Source: a bacterium (GTDB lineage Bacteria > Electryoneota > JAOADG01). Taken from it: a stretch of 64,000 nucleotides of DNA. The notes under the pieces were generated by a model. That model had not been told where the DNA came from. It saw nothing but the letters and a program-made list of their open reading frames with translations, and searched no databases. The stretch's first letter is position 1. Each line of letters opens with the position of its first letter. The position numbers were made by a program, and so were the translations under genes. The stretch covers positions 1,248,001 through 1,312,000 of the forward strand of contig OY820579.1 in the NCBI GenBank assembly GCA_963681965.1. Reading direction: 5' to 3'. Positions 58,936-64,000 of the stretch are shown in pieces.

Positions 58936-60010
58936 CGATCGTAAAGTCGATCGCTTCAGTTGTGAGATATTGTTGAACGGGAAGACTCAAAATGCGATCG
59001 GACTGTCGTTCGCATTCCGGGAAATCGCCCTTTTTGTACCCAGTACTGGATGCCGCAGGTTGCAAGTGAATCGGTATCGGATAATGGACCTTTGTGTCGA
59101 TTCCCTTATCAGCTAGATATTTCTGCAATTCGTTACGACGATCGTGCAGAATCACGAAGAGATGGTACACCGCATGAATATTCTGCTCGGGAACCGGTAA
59201 GACCAACCCCGAAATACCCACCAATCCTTTACGGTAGCGCTCGGCATTACTGCGACGCGTATTGTTCCAATCCGTCAAGTGGGGAAGTTTTACGCGAATT
59301 AAAGCTGCCTGTAAGGAATCCAACCGGACATTGTAGGACCAGAATTCGCATGTGTCGCGATCGCGTAAGCCGTGGTTGCGCGCCTTGCGGAACCATTCTG
59401 CCATCGTGGCATCGTTGGTGATAATCGCACCGCCGTCGCCGCAGGCATTCAGATTCTTCAACGGGTGAAGACTGATACAGCCGACATCGCCCCAGAGCCC
59501 AACATGACGATTTTCGTACGAGGCGCCGATCGCTTGCGCACAATCTTCAATCACACGAAGATTATGACGTTTTGCCACAGCAAGTATTTCCGCCATCTTT
59601 GCCGGTCGACCGGTCAAATGCACAACGATAATCGCTTTGGTCTTCGGAGTGATTCTTCGCTCAACATCGACCGGATCCAAGTTGTAATCATCACCGACAT
59701 CGGCGAACCGAATGGTCGCACCAGCCAACCAGATACTCGATGCCGAGGCTAAAAATGAATTCGGCGCTGTGATCACTTCATCGCCGGTTCCGATTCCGAA
59801 ATATTTCAACGCCAAGACCAATGCATCGGTACACGAGTGCAGCGATATCGCATGTTTGGCACCGGTAAATGCGGCTAGTTCGGTTTCCAGTTTCTCGACT
59901 TCTTCACCGAGAATAAACTGACCCGACCGCAATACTTTTTCGGTAGCAGCCAATAGATCTGGCATCAATTCATTGTGTTGATGCGGTAAATCGATAAATG
60001 GAACGCGCAT
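58913..60010 (-). CDS. DegT/DnrJ/EryC1/StrS aminotransferase
   Basis: VPFIDL, CTDAL, IEDCAQAIG, SLHPLKNL..GDGG, RLDSLQAA. Confidence 0.95.
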   Translation of the reverse strand: MRVPFIDLPHQHNELMPDLLAATEKVLRSGQFILGEEVEKLETELAAFTGAKHAISLHSCTDALVLALKYFGIGTGDEVITAPNSFLASASSIWLAGATIRFADVGDDYNLDPVDVERRITPKTKAIIVVHLTGRPAKMAEILAVAKRHNLRVIEDCAQAIGASYENRHVGLWGDVGCISLHPLKNLNACGDGGAIITNDATMAEWFRKARNHGLRDRDTCEFWSYNVRLDSLQAALIRVKLPHLTDWNNTRRSNAERYRKGLVGISGLVLPVPEQNIHAVYHLFVILHDRRNELQKYLADKGIDTKVHYPIPIHLQPAASSTGYKKGDFPECERQSDRILSLPVQQYLTTEAIDFTIDAIRSFK

Positions 60011-60029
60011 TGAATTTCTCCCTGACCAG

Positions 60030-61022
60030 CTATTGTACGTTCAATGCTTGCATATGCTTCACATTGTAATAACGCGTATCGTCTAAGTTGGGGAACTTGC
60101 CTGTTTCCAATGCGTCTTTCAACGATTGCACTGCTGCATCAAGTGAGAAATGTGGTTCCCAGTTCAATTCGCGTTTAATTTTTTCGCCGGATGTATGGTA
60201 GCTGCGATTGTCCCTCGTTTGAGTAATTTCCATTTCGACATTATCGAACATCCCGGCAACCAATCGCGCCATCGTACCCACCGAATAGTTTTCGTTCCGG
60301 ACGTTCCAGACTTTACCACTAAGGAATTCGGGATCCTTATCGAGCAACAACGCATACAATTCAATCATATCGTCGATTGTCAGACTCGGACGGAGTTGAT
60401 CGCCACCGTCGATACGCAAATGTCGATGACGCCATGCCTGCAGCGTAAAAATATTCACCGTTAAGTCGAGTCGCTGACGTGGACTATAACCGCATAACGT
60501 ACCGGGATGTAAAACCACCGGCGCGATCCCCTTATCTTTCAGCGCAAGAACATACGGCATCGTTTCCGATTTGTATTTTCCGTAAAGTGTCAACGGTTCA
60601 TGCTTGTCTTCTTCAGTGACGTTCGGATTTTCTTTCAACCCGTATACCGAGGAACTACCGGCGTAAATGAATCGAGCCAGTGGTTTCTTAGCCGCTTCTT
60701 CAACGTACATTAACACCGCATCGAGACTAACTGCTTTGGTCAATGTCGGATTTAAATCTGCCGATGGATCGTTGGAAATGCATGCCAGGTGAATGACGTC
60801 GGTGGCGCCTTCCAAACTTTTTTGCACCAGTTTGCGGTCGCGAAGGTCGCCTTTCACAATTTCCAAATTGGGATTACTGCGAACTGAATCGAGTACGTCA
60901 TCGCCGAACCAAAAAGTATCGACCACTCGAACACGATGACCTTTTTCCAATAGCATCGGAACAAGCCGAGCGCCTACATATCCGGCACCGCCGGGAATTA
61001 CTACTAAATCGTTCTTATTCAT
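60030..61022 (-). CDS. NAD-dependent epimerase/dehydratase (extended SDR)
   Basis: Start MNKND at 61022; GGAGYVG, HLACISND, SSSVYG, YGKYK. Confidence 0.9.
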   Translation of the reverse strand: MNKNDLVVIPGGAGYVGARLVPMLLEKGHRVRVVDTFWFGDDVLDSVRSNPNLEIVKGDLRDRKLVQKSLEGATDVIHLACISNDPSADLNPTLTKAVSLDAVLMYVEEAAKKPLARFIYAGSSSVYGLKENPNVTEEDKHEPLTLYGKYKSETMPYVLALKDKGIAPVVLHPGTLCGYSPRQRLDLTVNIFTLQAWRHRHLRIDGGDQLRPSLTIDDMIELYALLLDKDPEFLSGKVWNVRNENYSVGTMARLVAGMFDNVEMEITQTRDNRSYHTSGEKIKRELNWEPHFSLDAAVQSLKDALETGKFPNLDDTRYYNVKHMQALNVQ

Positions 61023-61057
61023 TTGAATGCCTTGATAATTCCTACTAGTAGCAGTTA

Positions 61058-61966
61058 CTATAGCAACTGACTCTTCATGTTTTCGATAGCCTCGTGACGT
61101 TCCAGCAATTTCTTTGCTGCTTTTAACGTCGGAGGAGAAATAAACCTGCCGTCGACAATAACAATTCCAGTACCCTTTTGAGTTGCGATTTCCGCTTCCC
61201 TCACGAACGTTTTTGCTTCTGCCACATCTTCCGGAGAAGGAGTATAAATTTCGTGAACGATATCGACCTGCTTGGGTGACATGATACACATACCGCTCAT
61301 CCCGATGTCGCGACCGTAGTTAGCAAATGCGCGCAGGGCGTCCATATCGTGGACTCTGACGAATGGCGTGTCGATCGCCTCCAAACCTGCTGCTCGAGCG
61401 GCTAAGGCGATCTGTACCCGAGGGGTATGTAAACTCATTTCGTTAACATTGTGGCGACCTTGTTGTTCGGCGAGGAAATCTTCGCAACCGAACAATAAGG
61501 CACAAGCACGATTCGATGCTTTTGAAAGTGCTTGAGCGTTCAAGATCCCTTCCGGTGTCTCGATCAATACGATCAGCGAGAAATGACCGATCGGTAATCC
61601 CAGCATCATCTCTTTCAATCGAAGTTGGGCATCGAAATTGGTAATATCAGTAACCGTCGCTGTCATCGGATAGACAAACCCGTTAAGCTCTTCACAACTG
61701 ACGGCATCGAGATCGAGTAGCGTGTATCCGGTATCGAGTGGATTGATACGAACGAAAACCGGCTTTTTTCGATACATACCCGAGGTTAGAATTTTACGGA
61801 TTTTAGTGCGCGCTTCCGCTTTATTCGGCTCCGGAACGGCGTCCTCTAAATCGAGTACAACGGCATCGGTGGCTGAATGAACGGCTTTTTCGGCTAACGC
61901 TTCGTTATGTCCGGGTGCAAACAGAAGTGATCGGAAAACCCACGGACCTTTATACGGCTTAGACAT
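61058..61966 (-). CDS. CitE/HpcH-like acyl-CoA lyase (citrate lyase beta / malyl-CoA lyase family)
   Basis: RSLLFAPG, LDLEDAV, VRIN, IETP.G, FGCEDF, P.Q. Confidence 0.88.
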   Translation of the reverse strand: MSKPYKGPWVFRSLLFAPGHNEALAEKAVHSATDAVVLDLEDAVPEPNKAEARTKIRKILTSGMYRKKPVFVRINPLDTGYTLLDLDAVSCEELNGFVYPMTATVTDITNFDAQLRLKEMMLGLPIGHFSLIVLIETPEGILNAQALSKASNRACALLFGCEDFLAEQQGRHNVNEMSLHTPRVQIALAARAAGLEAIDTPFVRVHDMDALRAFANYGRDIGMSGMCIMSPKQVDIVHEIYTPSPEDVAEAKTFVREAEIATQKGTGIVIVDGRFISPPTLKAAKKLLERHEAIENMKSQLL

Positions 61967-62444
61967 TGAGATTCCTCCGGGATGGAATTAAAACCTTGCG
62001 GCGAAATGTTAAAACTAATTCGTCATTTTGGTTATACGCTTTCGTTTCAACATATAATACACCGCGATCTGGTTTTTTCGTCGAAGGAGTGATGGTCAGT
62101 ACTTCGGTTTCGGCGCGGAGCGTGTCGTGAATGAATACTGGACCATTGTGAACGATGCGTTCGTATTCCAGATTGGCAATTGCGGTACCGGAGATCTCCG
62201 GTACTGTCATCCCGACGATCAAGCTCAATACGTATGGACCAGCGACTAGTATCTGCTTGTGCTGATGTGCTTTGACGTATTCAATGTCGTTGTGCACTGG
62301 ATGGTGATTCATCGTCAACAAGCAAAACAGATTGTTGTCGCTTTCGGTAATCGTTTTATGAGGCCAGTGATGAAACACCTGACCCACGAAAAAATCTTCC
62401 AGATGCCGATGGTAAGCGAGATTTTCTTCAGATTCTTTGCTCAT
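61959..62444 (-). CDS. MaoC-family (R)-specific enoyl-CoA hydratase/dehydratase
   Basis: EDF.VG..F.H...KTITESDN..F..LTMN.HP.H, PVFIHDTL. Confidence 0.88.
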   Translation of the reverse strand: MSKESEENLAYHRHLEDFFVGQVFHHWPHKTITESDNNLFCLLTMNHHPVHNDIEYVKAHQHKQILVAGPYVLSLIVGMTVPEISGTAIANLEYERIVHNGPVFIHDTLRAETEVLTITPSTKKPDRGVLYVETKAYNQNDELVLTFRRKVLIPSRRNLNV

Positions 62445-62474
62445 ATTCGACTCACAAAAAGAGTTAGATGCGTA

Positions 62475-63149
62475 TTATTGACGGTATTTTTCGCTATCGC
62501 CAATAATTTTCGCGGGATTGCCCACGGCAATTTTTCCGTCGGGAACATCGTTCAGTACGACAGCACCCGATCCGACCAAAGCGCGATATCCAATCCGCAC
62601 TTTTTCGCGCAAGGTTGCATTCGTTCCAATATGTGCGCTTTCGCAAACTAAAACATTAGCGCCTAATACGGCATTAGCAGCCACAACTGAAAAATCTTCC
62701 ATGTGGGCATCGTGACCGACGAAGCCGCCGCCGTATACATGACAGAAATTGCCGATCTGAGCACCAAATGAGCAGTTTGCCAGTGGGGCGATGAGAACAC
62801 CGTGACCGATTGATTCAGCCATACCCGTATATGCCAGGGGATGGATTAAATTCGGGAAAATATCCAATGGCAAACCCATCTTCTTCACCCGTTCAGCGCG
62901 TGCCGGACCCATTTTCTGGTTATGGAGAGCAAACACCAATTGATATCCCTTTTGCGCGAAATCCGGAGCTTCATCGGTGCGACCTACGACCGGATATTTT
63001 CCAATCAATCCACCGATATCGGTACCGTCATTCAAAAAACCGGCAATTTCCCAAGTCGGTTTGATCTTATTCAATTCTTCGGCAATCGATATGGCGATTT
63101 GTCCGCCACCATTGCCACCCATCACGACCAATTTTGGTAAACTACTCAT
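62475..63149 (-). CDS. NeuD/PglD-like sugar N-acyltransferase (hexapeptide repeats)
   Basis: MGGNGGG, GFLND, LIHP, VGHD, GSGAVV..DV, VGNPAK. Confidence 0.85.
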   Translation of the reverse strand: MSSLPKLVVMGGNGGGQIAISIAEELNKIKPTWEIAGFLNDGTDIGGLIGKYPVVGRTDEAPDFAQKGYQLVFALHNQKMGPARAERVKKMGLPLDIFPNLIHPLAYTGMAESIGHGVLIAPLANCSFGAQIGNFCHVYGGGFVGHDAHMEDFSVVAANAVLGANVLVCESAHIGTNATLREKVRIGYRALVGSGAVVLNDVPDGKIAVGNPAKIIGDSEKYRQ

Positions 63150-63181
63150 CTTTCGACATTCTCCGAATCGATAGGTTGAGG

Positions 63182-63985
63182 TTAATGCGATTTCGACTTT
63201 TCGTCCAATTTAGCTTTAAACGCTTTGTATTCTTCTTTTAGTTTTGGATATTCTGAACCCGGTCCGAAGATACCCGGTCCTTTGATTTTCCACCAGATCC
63301 CCAGCATCTTGATCACATCCAGAATATTCCGAAGAGGTTTCACTGCTTTGCTCTTGCCACCAATGCGGTCACGCATTCCGAACGGCAATTGCATGTAAGT
63401 GATTCCGCTTAACACCATTCGCACGTAGGTTTCGTACGAACCCAGATAGCCGCTCCGCTTCGATGCTAGACGCCGCATCAATTCGACTGGAGCGACTTTC
63501 ATACCTGCAAGATAAACTACCGTAACATTGAACAGAATCACTAAGTATATCCGCCACAGATACGACAATACCACCCGTTTCTTGCCGCGAACACCTTCGT
63601 TGTTGGGAAATCCGAAAATGACGTCGTACTTCCCGATAAACGGGATGAATGCCAAATACGATGACATCAAAAACTGATTGTCGCCCGGAACAGTGGTGTA
63701 ATAGGTTGTGCGCGCGAGTTCCAACCCTTTCCGCAGGTTGTAAAACTGACCAACGTTTTTCGGATGATGGAATGCTTCGACCCATGCAAACTCTTTTACT
63801 AACTTATCGGCAACGGCTTTGGTGCCATCGGTGCTGCCATCGTTCAGAATCAGAATATTCGCTGTGCAATTGACCGATTCCAGCATCTTGTTGATTTCAA
63901 GAATCGTGTCGCGTAATCCACCCTCTTCATTGAAACAGATTACTAGAAAGGTTAAATCTAGTTTTTCCGGTGGTTGATTGCTCAT
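63182..63985 (-). CDS. GT2 glycosyltransferase (polyprenol-phosphate sugar transferase-like)
   Basis: CFNEE, NDGSTDGT, HHPKNVG, GDNQ, R..GKSK. Confidence 0.88.
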   Translation of the reverse strand: MSNQPPEKLDLTFLVICFNEEGGLRDTILEINKMLESVNCTANILILNDGSTDGTKAVADKLVKEFAWVEAFHHPKNVGQFYNLRKGLELARTTYYTTVPGDNQFLMSSYLAFIPFIGKYDVIFGFPNNEGVRGKKRVVLSYLWRIYLVILFNVTVVYLAGMKVAPVELMRRLASKRSGYLGSYETYVRMVLSGITYMQLPFGMRDRIGGKSKAVKPLRNILDVIKMLGIWWKIKGPGIFGPGSEYPKLKEEYKAFKAKLDEKSKSH

Positions 63986-64000
63986 GCGAGGAGTCCTCTG

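Noticed and set aside
61023-61289. N-terminal extension of the 419-aa SDR ORF
   Set aside because: Overlaps the CitE-like gene in another frame; the Rossmann motif begins right after Met at 61022.

Overview
Bacterial chromosomal window, probably from an FCB-superphylum lineage (inferred from many secreted proteins ending in a PNPFN...K(L/M)VLLK T9SS type-A-like C-terminal domain). 1-11 kb: secreted enzymes (FGE-sulfatase-fold protein, two intact arylsulfotransferase-like paralogs, a chimeric pseudogene, a large S8 protease). 11.5-34.8 kb: a 23.3-kb segment bounded by two inverted copies of an IS3-family element and flanked by a 5-bp direct repeat (TGACG), i.e. a candidate composite transposon. 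Its cargo is a defective prophage head/fibre/lysis module, an SBBP surface protein and two further nested IS. The prophage module includes a DNA adenine methyltransferase fused to the prohead protease, and fibre genes that split a CBM-like domain at the same point twice. 34.9-38.2 kb: an AT-rich ankyrin / Cys-rich peptide / radical SAM-SPASM cassette (candidate RiPP) next to tRNA-fMet. 38.3-64 kb: mostly housekeeping genes (guaB, uppP, guaA, rnr, prmC, prfA), an adenylate cyclase, and an aminosugar/acyl-CoA glycosylation operon. All calls come from motif recognition by eye; no database searches were run.
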